DNA of 63,664 bases, counting the filler, from Reticulomyxa filosa (taxonomy: Eukaryota > Protista > Foraminifera): NCBI GenBank assembly GCA_000512085.1. It is 23 parts of 23 records of this genome, joined end to end, with 100 filler letters (N's around TTAATTAATTAA, not from the genome) between each part and the next. Parts side by side here need not be neighbours in the genome. Positions count along the whole stretch, not along the records: positions 10,622 to 11,675 come from ASPP01035410.1; positions 11,776 to 13,084 come from ASPP01040367.1; positions 13,185 to 15,662 come from ASPP01006389.1; positions 15,763 to 17,134 come from ASPP01003068.1; positions 17,235 to 18,386 come from ASPP01016929.1; positions 18,487 to 19,745 come from ASPP01039798.1; positions 19,846 to 20,947 come from ASPP01005839.1; positions 21,048 to 22,496 come from ASPP01027730.1; 15 more parts are not named here. One strand, written 5' to 3'. The position numbers were made by a program, and so were the translations under genes. Positions within the stretch are counted from its first letter, which is position 1, and every line of letters starts with the position of its first letter. Below are positions 11,245 to 25,482 of the stretch, in pieces. The notes beneath the pieces are model-generated. The model did not search any database and had not been told where the DNA came from. It was given only the letters and a program-made list of their open reading frames with translations.

Positions 11245-12579
11245 ATAATTGTCAAGTTTCTTCAAGTAAATCTCAATTTAAAATTGAAATAAATTTATTG
11301 TTTTTCTTTTGATTATTTTTTGCATTGACCTTTTTGGTCGTTGTAAGATTTTGTGTTTCTTTTTTGAGTACTGTGTTCTATTTCTTAAAACGATGTGCTC
11401 TTTTAACTAGAAAGACCTGAGTCTGTGCAGGTAGTGGAAAAAAAAACTTCTGTGGGGACTCTTCGAGTGATGTCAGATGCAACTTACAAGACAAAATCAC
11501 CACAAACAAAACTGCAACAACTCAAAACAAAACCTTTGACCGGTCCTTCTTTTAGCTGAGATAGTTGTAATATTGAAATTCCAAAAAAAACGAAAAAGGA
11601 AAGTGAAAAAACATCGCAACCAAGCACCTCACTCACAAGGAATACAGTACTAAAATTACAATGTCTTACAAAGTANNNNNNNNNNNNNNNNNNNNNNNNN
11701 NNNNNNNNNNNNNNNNNNNTTAATTAATTAANNNNNNNNNNNNNNNNNNNNNNNNNNNNNNNNNNNNNNNNNNNNCCAAAACGTATAATACCTGCCACTT
11801 CCAAATTTGTCATACTTGAGCTTTTGACGAGATTGCAATTCATACATTGTATTTGCAAATGAATACAGCAGTATTCAATAAACAAATATAAAAAATAAAA
11901 ACACAAATAAAGAACTAGAGTCTTACCTTCTTTCATTTGAGATACAAATAACCAATGAGTATTTTCTAAAGACGCGAAATGAATGAGCAGATTAGTGTGA
12001 TCATCGTGTGACAAGTCGTCATAATGCCACGCGTGAACTGCAGCCGAAGATGTCGATCTCGAAAAATGCTTATCTTTGCACCCATCAAATCTTGCAGATA
12101 TTGAAGAATTTCTGGATCGTGTAAAGCTCAATGTTTGTCATCGCCCTTGCACAGTTTAGCCATATTAAACATCGTCACTTTATTGTCTCCGTCAGTCGGA
12201 TTATGGTCTACTAATTTCGACAGCGTTGCTTTTCGAGTATTAGACATCGCTTTTAATGTTAGCTTTGTTTTTTTTCACTCCATTCACACTACCACTTGCA
12301 ATTACATACACTTTTTTTTTTGATCGCAATCTTGCTTTTGCTTTTGCTGAATCGCTTTTTAATGTCAAAGTTAGATAGTTTATATAACGCAGTATCTGGA
12401 ATTTGAACCAAGTTCTATAAAAAGAGATTGCGAAAGTATAGCATTGCTTCCAAATTGCACATACTGCCTGGAGAAATAAAATTTTACTTATATTTCTAGT
12501 CATTATTAGATAAAATGTTTTTTGAATACAATACACAATACAAATAAAGTATATAAATAAAATATTTCGAACTGCTTTC

Positions 12580-13084
12580 AATGCTTGTAAGATTTACATA
12601 CTTTTATTATTGTACTGATTGCAATGCTTTCATACTTGTCGCTTGCGATAACTTCATGCTTTTCCCGATTGAGATTCTTCATCACGTACTTGCACGATCG
12701 CGATATTTTCATTATCATATCGATTAAAATATTTTCATTCATGTATCGATTGTAATGCTTTCATTCTTGTCTCGATTATAATGCTTTCATATTGCACTAT
12801 CGCGATTATTATTGTTTGTTCCTATTATAATATTTTTATGTTTGTCTTCATACATGCAATCTTGTAGTATTTTCATTATTGTTACGATTGCAATACTTTC
12901 ATACTTGCACGCTATCGATCATTGTCTCGACTGCAATGCTTTCATTCTTGTCTCGATTATAATACTTTCATACTTGTGCGTTTGCAATGCTTTCTGTTTA
13001 GTACATATTTTAATATTTTTATGTTTGTCTTCATACATGAAATCTTGTAGTGCTTTTATTACTGTCACGATTTCAATGCTTTCA
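12580..13084. repeat. Degenerate minisatellite-like repeat built on (G)CAATGCTTTCAT(A/T)CTTG
   Basis: The core recurs about 8 times, plus a ~40-bp direct repeat (AATATTTTTATGTTTGTCTTCATACATG.AATCTTGTAGT) at ~12828 and ~13013. Confidence 0.7.
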
Positions 13085-13225
13085 NNNNNNNNNNNNNNNN
13101 NNNNNNNNNNNNNNNNNNNNNNNNNNNNTTAATTAATTAANNNNNNNNNNNNNNNNNNNNNNNNNNNNNNNNNNNNNNNNNNNNTTTTTTTTTTTTTTTT
13201 AACTAAAAAAAAAAGATTAAATACA

Positions 13226-14118
13226 CAATTGTTACTAAACCCAACACAGCCAAAACGATCATTCTTTTCCAAGTTTCGAATGACAAACGTGATTGTTTCC
13301 TTCACTAATTGAATTCGATCTCCTGACATGGACCCAGACTCATCCACAACACTTTTTTTTTGTTTGTTTGTTTGGTAAAGTTTAGCTCAAGCTTTTTGGA
13401 TTGATGGAGTATGTACGATTTGAAAAGATTTCTCCCTCCCTCTTGCATTTTAAAAAATTTTTTTATACATAAAAAAAATCAAACAACTTCCTTACCAGAC
13501 CAAATCGATTGGCGCACGGGAATCAGCTCGAAAATAGGGCGCTTTGATTGATGACATAAACAAAAGTTGTTTGTAGCTTTCTGAAAAAGATAATTGATCA
13601 AATTCGCATGTTGTTTTGATGGTTAGTTTCACGTCTTCTCCTTTTGTTTCTTCCTTCTTTTCTTCTTCTTTTTCATCTTTGGTTTCATTTTCCACTCCTT
13701 TGTTTGTCTCAACGTTTCTGTTCGTTTCGGTTTCCTGGCTTGATTCATTGCCTTGATTGGTTGTGATATTTATATTTTGGTAAGATATACTGGCTTGCTC
13801 GGGTATCGTCTCTTGAGCGGGCACGACACCTTGACTTTGGATAAGTGCATCCACTATAACTTCGTTGGATGAGAGGGCCTCTCCGCCTGGCTCTCCGGCG
13901 TCTTGTACCTCCACTGGCGCTACGTTTTGTGCTGGTACTCCTTGAAGACTTTCAATTCTTTGTTCTGGTACTTCTTGATAGCTTTCAATTCTTTGTTCTG
14001 ATGCTCCTTGGACATCTTCGGGCGCTTGACTGCTCTGGGACACAACTTGAGTCTCTTGAGCTGTTGATATACTTTGGATATCTCCGGACGTTGATATGCC
14101 TTGGATTTCGTCGGACAT
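13226..14118 (-). CDS. von Willebrand factor A domain protein with an acidic low-complexity N-terminus; 3' truncated
   Basis: The splice 13496 to 13351 gives RAPIDLVCVVDESGSMSGDRIQLVKET...NDRFGCVGFS, containing the MIDAS DxSxS motif. Confidence 0.85.
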
Positions 14119-15762
14119 CTTCAGTTATATGATCAGAAGCAAAACCAATACAAAAGATTTTCTCTTTCTTTCTTTTGCAAAGAAAACGTACTCAAAAATA
14201 CAAAACTTATAAACTTATCAATTGCAGTATTCGGTCACTGTTATTTTGGATAAAATGGCCAATCTGAAATTTATTCACTTATACATTTGAAACAAAATAA
14301 TAAATGTGTTGATTTAAGAGCGCCCGAAATGAGCATAGTTCCATATTTTTTAGCATATTTTTTCACACAAAGGGGCGCAAAGTTGTGTTTCTTGTTTCAA
14401 ATACCGTATGTAATTTAAAATCATATGATCAGCCAATTGGATTTTATAAAATTTTTTAAGTTTGCACGCTTTCATCAAAAAGAAGCATTTTCGTAAAGAA
14501 ATTGGAAAACGAGTTTCTAAAGTTGAAAAAGGCTTGCTTTTTTTTTGGACAAAAAAACACTAATCTTAAAAAAAAAGCAGTTCGCTTTATTTTTGTTGAA
14601 CAAATAAACCGTTGACTGCCTTTAGTAAGGTGTATGAACAGTGAGACGACTAAGTATAATACGAAAGGAACTTAGTTCCAAAAAGCAACTTCAGTAAAAG
14701 GAAATTAAATTAACAAAAATAATTCCAACACAAGAAAGGAAAACAAGTAAAGAAAACATAAAAGTGATTTGTGTTGTGAATATAGTTTTAACCCACCGGG
14801 GATCCAACCGTTCCATTAGTGTTTGAGATTGTATAATATGGACTTGCCCTACAAAAGAGAACTAAAAACGTCAAGTGCAGCACCAAATCGAGGTAAAAGT
14901 GGTTAGCTTGTTGTAAAACTAATCGTTGTTGCTAAATTACTGCAATACCAAATATAACGTGTGTTTCCTTTGATTTTATTTATGTTATCAAGATTCGTCA
15001 CCAGTCCAAAAACATAACAAAAAGTATTTTGCACATTTACTGGATTGATTACAGAAAAAATTTGATGAACAAAACAATACAAAATTAAAATGTATGTACG
15101 AACAATTCTGGAAAGAATAACACAACACAAAATATGTTTCAAATTATATAACCAATTGCAATGATGCAGTATTTGCTCCAATATTTTGTGCAAATTTGCT
15201 TCATCTTCATTTGTTGTTTGTTATTGTTTTTTTTTATCTAAAGTGATAATTAGAGCCACAAGCAGCAAGTTGATGACAAGTGACTGAACTCAAATTAATT
15301 TGAATTGCATAGATATAAAGAAAAGACAAAAAGTATTTTTGATAAATTAGAAATTAAAAATTAAGACAAAACAGTTACTTCACATTTTCTTCTAAATGCG
15401 TTAGAATCAATGGAGCGTGCGATGAAATAATTTAATACAATCATTTCATGTAAATCTTAATTGACTTGAAATTGAAGCTATTTTGTATTTGAAAATAATA
15501 TAATTAAATTGAAATATTTTCCACCAAGCTAACACGAAAATCAAGTCAGTTTGCATCATGAAGTGTTTCAATATACTTCTGATTTGTGGCATTTATAGTC
15601 AAGAACTAACACAAATATAATTTTTCTTTTTTTTTTTTTATTTCTTTTTTATTCCTTTTTTANNNNNNNNNNNNNNNNNNNNNNNNNNNNNNNNNNNNNN
15701 NNNNNNTTAATTAATTAANNNNNNNNNNNNNNNNNNNNNNNNNNNNNNNNNNNNNNNNNNNN

Positions 15763-15802
<40 letters not shown>

Positions 15803-16614
15803 GAAAAAGATTTGTTTGAGAGCATTTCTCAATCAATGCTGTCTGCAGTCGATAGAGATTGCTTGGCTGGTTGGGGTGGTCTTGTTTATGTCATGTTGAG
15901 TTGTTGTTTTTTTTACATTCCTTTTTTTTTTATATTTTTGGAAGGTGAAGATTCATAATTTAGTTGTTGTGTTTGGTCGTGTATGATTGTGTGCTGGTGA
16001 AATGGAACCGAATGTTTTAGTGACTCCAAGAAGGTTACCATATCCGAATTGAAAGGAAGAATGGATTAAAAGTGATTGGACAATTTTGCTGCAGAATTTT
16101 AAATTTTGCCTGCTTAAAAAAAAAACAGGAAGAATATGCTTTCAAAGCGTTCTCTTACACTTTATCAACTGTCTTCATTCACCATGTGGTAAATCATTCT
16201 TCTATCAAACAATTTGCTTTTTTCACTGATTTTGCTTTGCTTTTCAACAGCTTTCACACAAACAAAATGAAAAGTTATTGATTTTCAAAGGCATCAAAAA
16301 GGAAGCAATGAAACTTTTAGTTTCACATCGCTATGTTTCTTTTTTCGCTTTTGATAATAAAAATTAACAATTAGTGATTATCTCAAAAAAAAATTTGACC
16401 ACGATCACACAACATTTAGTATGATTCTTTCACGAGTAATTAATTTCAATATTCTTTTTGTTCAGAATGCAAAAAATTATGCGTTGATTATCTCTTTAAT
16501 CATTAAAAACTTTATTAAAATGGATGAATGAGAAAGAAATAGAAGAAGTAGAATAGTAAGATGATTGATTTGATTGATGAAAAAACAACATTCGGATCTA
16601 ATTTTTTTTTTGAA

Positions 16615-16880
16615 AGGTGGACATGAATTGTCCATCATCAAACGCTAAATAATCAATATTCCACACAACTTCAGTATGACCAGTGAATGTATTAATTAGT
16701 TCGGAAGATGAACGAAACGTGTTAAAAATGAATAAAATGGACTATTGTGTTTATATTATGAACATAATAGAAAAAAAAAAACTTTAACTAACATAATCTA
16801 CAATTAGTTTATCGAAATCTTTAATCCAAACAAAGCTAATATTTAATACTCGAGTAATTGCTTGGATCTGTTCTTATTTA
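16615..16880 (-). pseudogene. Truncated remnant of the lineage-specific helical-motif plus WD40 gene family
   Basis: Minus strand reads EQIQAITRVLNISFVWIKDFDKLIVDY, an intron, then IFNTFRSSSELINTFTGHTEVVWNIDYLAFDDGQFMS before breaking down. The same motif occurs at 35236-35343 and ~43660-43762. Confidence 0.6.
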
Positions 16881-17336
16881 ACCTATTTCAAGCAAAGTCA
16901 AAATGAAGAAAAACATAAAGAGAACTTAACTTCGACTGAGCTGCTTAAGTCCATTATAACTTTTTTTATTTTCAGATTATTCAATAGTTTTTTTTTTTTA
17001 AAAAAAAACACTGTTAAAACTTTTTTTTTAAAAAAAACCCTGTTAAAACTTTTTTTGCTGATAATAATTTGTTGTTCTGTGTCATTTGATGGATAGCACT
17101 TCAAAATAGAAAGAAATATATTTGTAAAAATCAGNNNNNNNNNNNNNNNNNNNNNNNNNNNNNNNNNNNNNNNNNNNNTTAATTAATTAANNNNNNNNNN
17201 NNNNNNNNNNNNNNNNNNNNNNNNNNNNNNNNNNAAAAAATCTTCGACTCCAATTATAAATTGCTTTGTTTTTTGTTTTTTGTTTGTTTTTTTTTGGTCC
17301 TTTTTTTTTTCCCTCCCCCCTCCTCCCCCCCCCAAA

Positions 17337-17761
17337 GGAAATTATTGTCAACATGAACTCACAAGAAAATAAACTTGCGTTACATACGGCAGCGCAACGC
17401 AAGAACAACACATTTTTAATCGAAAACTTCAAACAGTTGCATAAAAAAATGGACACCTTTCGGCAGGTGCTTACACAGCAACCCGATCGATGGGGAAACA
17501 CGGTGTTGCACTACTTGGTGATATCCGAGTGCGTGGAGGCGGCTCAGTTCTTGTACGATTTAATGAGTCACCAAAACTTTGAGACGCGCAAGAAATACGC
17601 AAAACTGATCCAACGAAAAGATCTATATACCAAGTGTCAACATTTTGAATATGCGTATCAAGTCGTTGAAATGCAATTATGTGTGTATGCGTTTCCTAGT
17701 GCAAGGCGAGCTATGTACATGCAAAGGCACCAAGCCGAGTGTCGAGTCAAAGAAATGATTG

Positions 17762-17794
<33 letters not shown>

Positions 17795-18200
17795 AAGCAA
17801 AACTAATTGTGTAAATGTGTTTCTACATTTTTATTTTTTTTTTTTTGTTGGTTGATTTCTCCCATGTATTTGTTTTATTTATTTACTTTATTTATTTATT
17901 TGTTTTTGGTTTTGTTTTTGTTAGGTTTTGAAAAAGATCAATAAACAATGCCAAGAAAATGAAGAAGCAAAATTAGTAGAGCCACTACAAAACGAAGAGG
18001 GCTTCGAAGAAATTGACCGACCACCTCCGCCTGAACCACAACCACCACATTCGATCCCTCCTGACCTTCCGCCATCGCCGCGGTTAAAGCTCACACTTCC
18101 TGTTTATATTGGAGTTACTTTTGCACTCGTCGCTTTGATTGCTGCTTCTCTCAAGCACAGATATTCAACCCAGGCTTTGAAGCAGGAAAAGCAATTGTAA
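17337..18200 (+). CDS. Ankyrin-repeat protein with a Pro-rich linker and C-terminal membrane anchor; 5' truncated
   Basis: ENKLALHTAAQR and DRWGNTVLHYLV ankyrin motifs; a (GT)n-containing intron at ~17764-17925; last exon with PPPPEPQPP and VYIGVTFALVALIAA. Confidence 0.7.
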
Positions 18201-18347
18201 TTTTTTTTATTTATTAACCTTTATTTTTTTTTCTCTGATCTCTCTCCTTATCCTGCTTGATTACAATACAATTTTTTTTTTTTCTTTACCCAAAAGAAGA
18301 AAAAAAAAAAAAACTCCATTATTATTGCTTATTGCCTTTTTTTAGGG

Positions 18348-18386
<39 letters not shown>

Positions 18387-19909
18387 NNNNNNNNNNNNNN
18401 NNNNNNNNNNNNNNNNNNNNNNNNNNNNNNTTAATTAATTAANNNNNNNNNNNNNNNNNNNNNNNNNNNNNNNNNNNNNNNNNNNNATCTCCACGCTGGT
18501 CAATTTGGATGCAAGTAAGGACATATTGTCGGCAATGATTCGGTCGATAAGCACCACAATTTTGGAGGTCATTTCATTTTCATCATACATATTTCAATAT
18601 CACCGTTTCATTTTTCATATGTCTAAATTGTTGCGGATTATCATAGTGATATGATGGATTGGCTGTCAGCTGTTTCAAATACTCTTGACATTTCTTCAGC
18701 GCTTGGATCAACAATGCAATGAGATTGGCGACATTATTATTATTTTTTTTGATGTAGTCAAATGATTGATTAGCGATCTAAACTATTATTTGTTATACAA
18801 AAAAATAAATCATAAATTTATATTTACAAAATAATTTCCTATTTCTTCATTAAATGTCAGCAAAGCAAAGATTTGTATTTATGTAAAAAAAAAAAAACTT
18901 TTTAATAATTTAATGAATAATTTTAAATATTTTTGTTAATGTGATATGTATCAACATATTTATTAAAATAAAAAAATTGAATGTTTTATACTTTATTATG
19001 TCAAAATTTAATATCAATATTTGGGCTCAATTTTTGAATATTATTTGATATGATAAATATGTTCATGAAATGTCAAATGAAAACTTATCAACTCTGTTGT
19101 TATGATCAAATTGCATTCTTTCATCATGTAATTATAGAATTTTCGTTTCTTCAAATGCTTTAGACTAAGTTGAATATTAAATAACCTAACATATTTTATC
19201 AAAGTCATAAATTTATTCTTTTAATAATATTTTTACATTGTCGATGTTCCACCAAATTAATTTGAGTGAAATTTTTATATATAATCCATTTCAAATTACA
19301 TTTATTGATCAAAAAAAAATCTATTTACTTTGCTGTCTGTCTTTCAAATTTAGGATATCTTTTCCTTTTCTTACCCATGCAATTGAATACAATTTTCATT
19401 TGTTTTGCTTTCAAACATTGAATGCAACGTTTCATTTTTTTTAAACAACAAAGTAAGATAAAACAAATCTTTCAATGATCGTATTCAATCAAATCAAACA
19501 TGTTAATATGCTTATTTTTAAATCAAATTTTTCAAGCAAAAACACTTTCATTTCTTATTCAACAAAAAAAGTAAATTATCCCCAAATACGAATGGGACCT
19601 TTGCCTAAACCATAACACAAAGTAAAATCATATTTAACATTCTTTGTCTTATCTTTCTTTTTCAATTCAATAAATTTAAGACAAGTTATTTCATCTTCTT
19701 TATTATCTTCTTTGATCATATACAATTCATTCTTATTTGATCGAANNNNNNNNNNNNNNNNNNNNNNNNNNNNNNNNNNNNNNNNNNNNTTAATTAATTA
19801 ANNNNNNNNNNNNNNNNNNNNNNNNNNNNNNNNNNNNNNNNNNNNAAAAAAAAAAAAAAAGCCTATTTTATGTATATATAAAAAAAAAAAAAATATACTC
19901 AAAAAAAAA

Positions 19910-20850
19910 AAAAACTTTGGCATCGTTGTCATGATCTCCTTGTGTGACACCATTAGATGTTTCCGACACAATGATGATTTCCTCAAGTTCGTCGGGATTA
20001 TTTTGTGGGTAAGGCTTTTTGTCGTTTGGTTTGACTTGTTGGTCGCGTGTCAGATGATGAGAAGAGCCCTTGCTGTAGTGATTGGTGGCAGAGACGACGA
20101 TATCTTGGGACACATTGCTCGAGGTTCTTTCTTCGGTTGCAATGGATGGTCGACTCTCCTTGAAAGTGTCCTTGCTGTCATTGCCGTTGATATTGTCAAT
20201 GGCGTCTTTTTTTTCGTCGGCGTCTTCATTGGCATTGCCATTCTTATTTCTGTTTCTATTTCGAGTCTTATTCTTGGCATTGTTATTGTCATCATCGTTA
20301 TCATTATCGTTACCATTAGTATTACCATCTCTATCACTGCCATCGTCATCGTTTTCATCTTCCTCCTCTTCATCATCATCATCATCATCATTTTCATCTT
20401 CATCTTCATCCTCATCCTCATCACCGTCATCATCATCATCATCATCTCCGTCATCATCATTGTCATCATCATCAAAATCATTTGGCTCATTATTATTATT
20501 ATTATTATTATTATTGCTATTGGTAACATTATTATATGTTTCGAGGTCTTTATCTCTCCCTCGTGTACTTGTATTGACTTCGACTTCAATTTGTTGGTAT
20601 TGCCGTCGATCTCGACGAGAGTCTCCATTTTTACCCAGCTCCTCGATCGTCTCTGTCATCACCCTGCGTCGCAACTCCTTCTCTTGAATCAATCGCTGTC
20701 TTCGCTCTTGTTCCAACTGACTCAAGTCGGACACATACGAGTGTCGCTTCTTCGCCAAGCTACTCGACGACGACTTGTTCTTATTCACACTGCTCCCGTT
20801 CAGCCCGGTCAGCGTCGCGTCCACTGAAAATCGTTGATTTCTGCTATTTT
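19910..20850 (-). CDS. Internal exon of a low-complexity Asp/Glu/Asn-rich protein
   Basis: Long open frame with poly-N and poly-D/E tracts and a charged coil (LEQERRQRLIQEKELRRR), flanked by poly-A/T introns. Confidence 0.5.
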
Positions 20851-22596
20851 TATTTTTTATTTTTTTTTTTTCCGTTTGCACGTGTGGAGTTAATACACAC
20901 AGACATATGCATATGCAAAAACACAAAAAAAAAAAAAAAAAAAAAACNNNNNNNNNNNNNNNNNNNNNNNNNNNNNNNNNNNNNNNNNNNNTTAATTAAT
21001 TAANNNNNNNNNNNNNNNNNNNNNNNNNNNNNNNNNNNNNNNNNNNNAAGCAGGAGTTAAAAGTCATTTCTCTCAATTTTAATCTTTATTATAAGAACGT
21101 GTTAAAATTGCACTGTCTTATATTGTATTGCATTTATATTATGTCATCGTATTTTGAGATTAAATTTTTAGAATATGTTAAAAAGTGTCCAAATCTACGT
21201 ACTCTTGATACGACAATCAAATATTGCAAAAAAGCAAGTCAATAATGTCAATATTGTAGTAAACATCAATTCAAATAGTTTTTTCATTTATTTTCTTTAA
21301 GATACTCTTGTCAATAGAGATCAAATTGACTTGATGACAACTTGACAAGACTTCTTGACAGTCATGAACTATTTAAGAAAACTGCAGCCAGGACAGCAAC
21401 ATTTACAAGAGAATAAATAAAATTGAGAAGAAATTTTCACCTTTCGGTGAAAATTTCCATATTGCAGTAAGACTGCGGCCCTTTGGGTTTTTCTTCGAAA
21501 AAAGGAAGAGGAAAAGTTCCAACTTCCTTTAGACGAAGAGAAATGTTAAAGATTGGTAAGATATTAATTTCTTACCTTTATGATTTTATATTTTAAATAT
21601 TTTATTAATGTGAACAAAATTTGTTTGCACTTATTTATTTCATTTATTTTATTTTTGTAAATATACTGTACTTTTTTAACACTTTTTAACTAAAAATAAA
21701 AGTTATTTATTTGTTTGTTTTGTTCAGATTTCAAGTAATTTTTGATTATGTCTGAAAGCTTGTGTGAAAGTTGCAAGTAAAAAATTATGTTAAGTGCGAT
21801 CTGTTTTTGAATATGTAATTTTAATATTATTTCTATCTTGCAAAAAAAAAAATTAAATTCTTCATTATCTTTTAGCTAGATCTGCTTTCACTAAGAATTT
21901 ATACAAAACAGTCTGATTGAATATATTTAACAAAAAAATTACAAATAACAAATAATTAAAGATAAACAATTATTTCATTTTAATCAAAAATAAAATAAAA
22001 AGTACTTTCAAATAAAGTAAAAAAAATAATATACAAACGAACATTGTATTAAATTAAACATTATCACCACACAAAGATATTTCAATTTCAATAAAATAAA
22101 TATATAAAAACATTACCATGATAGTATAGTCTTTTTTGTCGATAGAAGTGTTTGTTGTCTCAGGATGAAGAGAAGAAGCGTCGACCAAGGGAAAGTTTTC
22201 TCCATCCAATTGTTGTGCCAGCAATTCATCAATATTCAGTTGATTGACAAAGTCGACGACATCTTCAACTTTCTGCGGTTCCTTTGGACCAGCGTCGATA
22301 TCTTCTCTTTCAAGCTGTTTGTTATTTTTATTTCACATTGAGTATTCTGTTGTATCCCAACTCCCTTCGTTTTACAAACCAAGTGGTCCACGTCGGCGTT
22401 GCTGGTGCCCTTCACGTCGAAGTCATGTATACTGCTGAACCCCTCCCAAAAGTCGTAAAATGTTTGCACAAACAAGTAGCTCGATGCGCTGTGTCCNNNN
22501 NNNNNNNNNNNNNNNNNNNNNNNNNNNNNNNNNNNNNNNNTTAATTAATTAANNNNNNNNNNNNNNNNNNNNNNNNNNNNNNNNNNNNNNNNNNNN

Positions 22597-23550
22597 CAAT
22601 GACAATGAAAAGAAACAAGATACTAACGATAGCGATAATTTGAAAAATGCGCTCGCCATTTCATTGGGAACGTTGCCAAAACTAAATATTAGCGATTTGA
22701 AAAGTGGCAAGCAACAATATGACGAATTGAAACAGTTGGAGAAATATGGCAACACATTACTGTTAATTGGGGACCGTAAAGCATGCCAAGATGAGGTTGG
22801 CAATGCTTTATTGTTGTATTTGAAAGGACTGGACCTTTATGAACATATTGTTATCAAAACACAAACGTGGTTAAAAAATGTATTATGTATATTTAAAAGA
22901 ATATCATCCATCCGCTCAAAAGGCTCAATTCAAATGTAAAAAGCGCTATGAATATGTTGAACATGATCCATCAGTGGCCAATCACTCCATCTCTCCTAAT
23001 TGCGTGGAAAAAGAGTCGGAAGAATTCAAAAATTGCTCCAAACTGTTTCTCCAATGTCTATATTTATTTTCCAAAATATCCCCAAAAAATTGATTTTTTA
23101 AACTTCTCTTCTCTTTTTTTTTTTTTTTTAAAAAAAAAAAGTATTATCAGAAAGCGTGGATAAACATAACTCATATTATCAACGCGGAAAAGCGATACAA
23201 CGACTCTATGAACAGAACTTACTTACATTTCAAATGTCTCCACACAATGTAAATGAAATACTTTATAAAGAAGCCATTGAAATGAGCCGAAAAGCTGTAA
23301 GCGATTGGATGTTGGGAGAAATAAGCACTGTGCAGACAAGGCTGGAGCAAGCTCTCGTTTTATTTCAATATTTGCTATCACTTCCGAACATATTGTCAAC
23401 AGATAAGATTACTTTACATCAATGTTAAGAAGTCTTTTTTCATTTTTATTATTATTATACAATAAACACTGATTTTGTGTATATGTGTATTTGCTGAAAT
23501 CAGTCTCTTTGGAGATTAACAAGCACTTGCTTGCATTGCAAACAATGTAA
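22597..23550 (+). CDS. Probable ATG1/ULK-family kinase C-terminal tandem MIT region; kinase domain not in this contig
   Basis: NALLLYLKGLDLY and EILYKEAIEMSRKAVSDWMLGE...LEQALVLFQYL, with a final spliced exon (F)SLEINKHLLALQTM, resemble the Atg1/ULK MIT1 and MIT2 helices. Confidence 0.55.
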
Positions 23551-25118
23551 TATCTCTTTGAAGCGATCAAAAAATTGTTCAATCATTGTTGCTGTTTCAC
23601 TTGACCATTTCTTTTTATGAGTCTATGCTACTTACTCTATTTTTCGATTTCGTTTTTTGGTGAGTTCCCAAAAATGAATCTAATCACTAGGGGCATGTGT
23701 TTCCAGTTCTTTAAAAAAGTGCGTTTTTCGTTGTTTGGTCTCAAAAATAAAGGTTGGGGCTTTTGTCGTTGTACAAGCGAGGACAGAAAATAGACACATT
23801 TTAAATGTTATTACAAATTTAGAAACACAAAATAAACTGATCAAACAAGTTTTACTTTCCTTTAAAAAAAGGGGAGCCGAGGATTGCTTTGTTGCACATT
23901 TACGCTAATTTTTTTTTTTGTAATAGGCTTTAGAAAATATACATGAACTTTAATCTTTTTGTTTGTTTTTTTCGTATTTTTCTGTCTATAAGCCGAACAA
24001 AGCAAATTTCACAGCCAAGCGGTCCTGATCCCATAAGCCAATTGAAAGTTAAGTAGTATTCTTTGCACGTAATAAATAAAGTAAAAGCAGTGCTGTGCAA
24101 GTCGAAGTGACGTCTACATTTTTTTACACAAATATTTGGGAAAAAAAAGAGATGCAAAGACGGAAAATAAACAATGTATTTTCTCGTGAATGTCGAGAAT
24201 GCATGTTTTCATTTGAAAAGAGCTCTTTAAAAAAATGCTTATACCAATCTATAATACAAAGAATGAAAAAGAAAAAAAAATGAAATCTAGTTTCCTTATT
24301 GATTATTTTGCGTGTATGTTTAAAATGATCAAAGTTGTTTCTTATAAAATCATGAAAATGATTATCTAAAGACATTAAGCTTCTAGTCTTTGCCAGCAAA
24401 AGATGAATAAAGCTTTTAATGTTTTTTTTCCTTTGAGTTAAATAAAAGTATTGTCAGCAAATATTTTTTCAAAAATTTACAACTAAAAAATTGACAATAA
24501 TGAAAACAAAAATGTTCACAAAACTATAAAGGAGAAACTAAATTTTATAGTGGAAAAAACTCCAACAATTATTAAATAAAATTTCCATCAAATTATATAT
24601 ATCTGAAGCAAAAAGAGAGTAAGAGGATTACCTATGGTCATAGGTAAACACAAAGGAAGACGAAAAGTATAAAAGTAATAGACTGGTTTTTAGTGCATGA
24701 GAAGAAAAAAAGCACGAATCGAAACATTGAACGAATATAAAAAGAAATGTAATGACCTAGTTCCACATTTGATAGCAAGACAATTGTGGAAAATGATTGA
24801 CTTTGATATACTAAAAACGTTTGTAACAGAATATAATGAGTTGTCGATTCAAAAGGAGTTGTTGTATATTATTAACAACGCAACAGTATTGTAAGTGTTT
24901 ACAAAGATGAAATGCATCAACATTTTTCATCAATATAATTATATGATTCAAATAAAATATTCTAAAAAAAAAATTAAAAAGAATTTTTTTAAAGTTAATA
25001 AAAAGATTATGTGAATTTNNNNNNNNNNNNNNNNNNNNNNNNNNNNNNNNNNNNNNNNNNNNTTAATTAATTAANNNNNNNNNNNNNNNNNNNNNNNNNN
25101 NNNNNNNNNNNNNNNNNN

Positions 25119-25449
25119 TTTTGGTCCTACTGCTAATAGATCCAGAACAACAAATGGCTCTAAACTTACGTACTGTAGTCGACTCCAAAACAATTGCATG
25201 GAAACACACAAATGACGGCAAAATAGTTGTCACGTGGGCATCTCCAAAGCAATTTTGTGGCAAAATTAGCTATGACTTGTTTAACAAAGATCTGTTCTTA
25301 GGGAGAGCGCAACATCTTCCTTGCACTTTGGATATTGAAACCCTTCTCGGCAATGGTCGTCTGTCACTATCCGTCCAAGCTGTCGTTGAAATGTTTAATA
25401 TTACATGCAAAAAAAACGGATGTTAATGTGGGTATGTACTTTCGTTGTT

Positions 25450-25482
<33 letters not shown>

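Noticed and set aside
19931-20827. Long Ile-rich, Ser/Leu-rich or Met-rich ORFs (also 52447-53339 and 60585-61081)
   Set aside because: Antisense or alternate-frame shadows of trinucleotide and dipeptide low-complexity exons.
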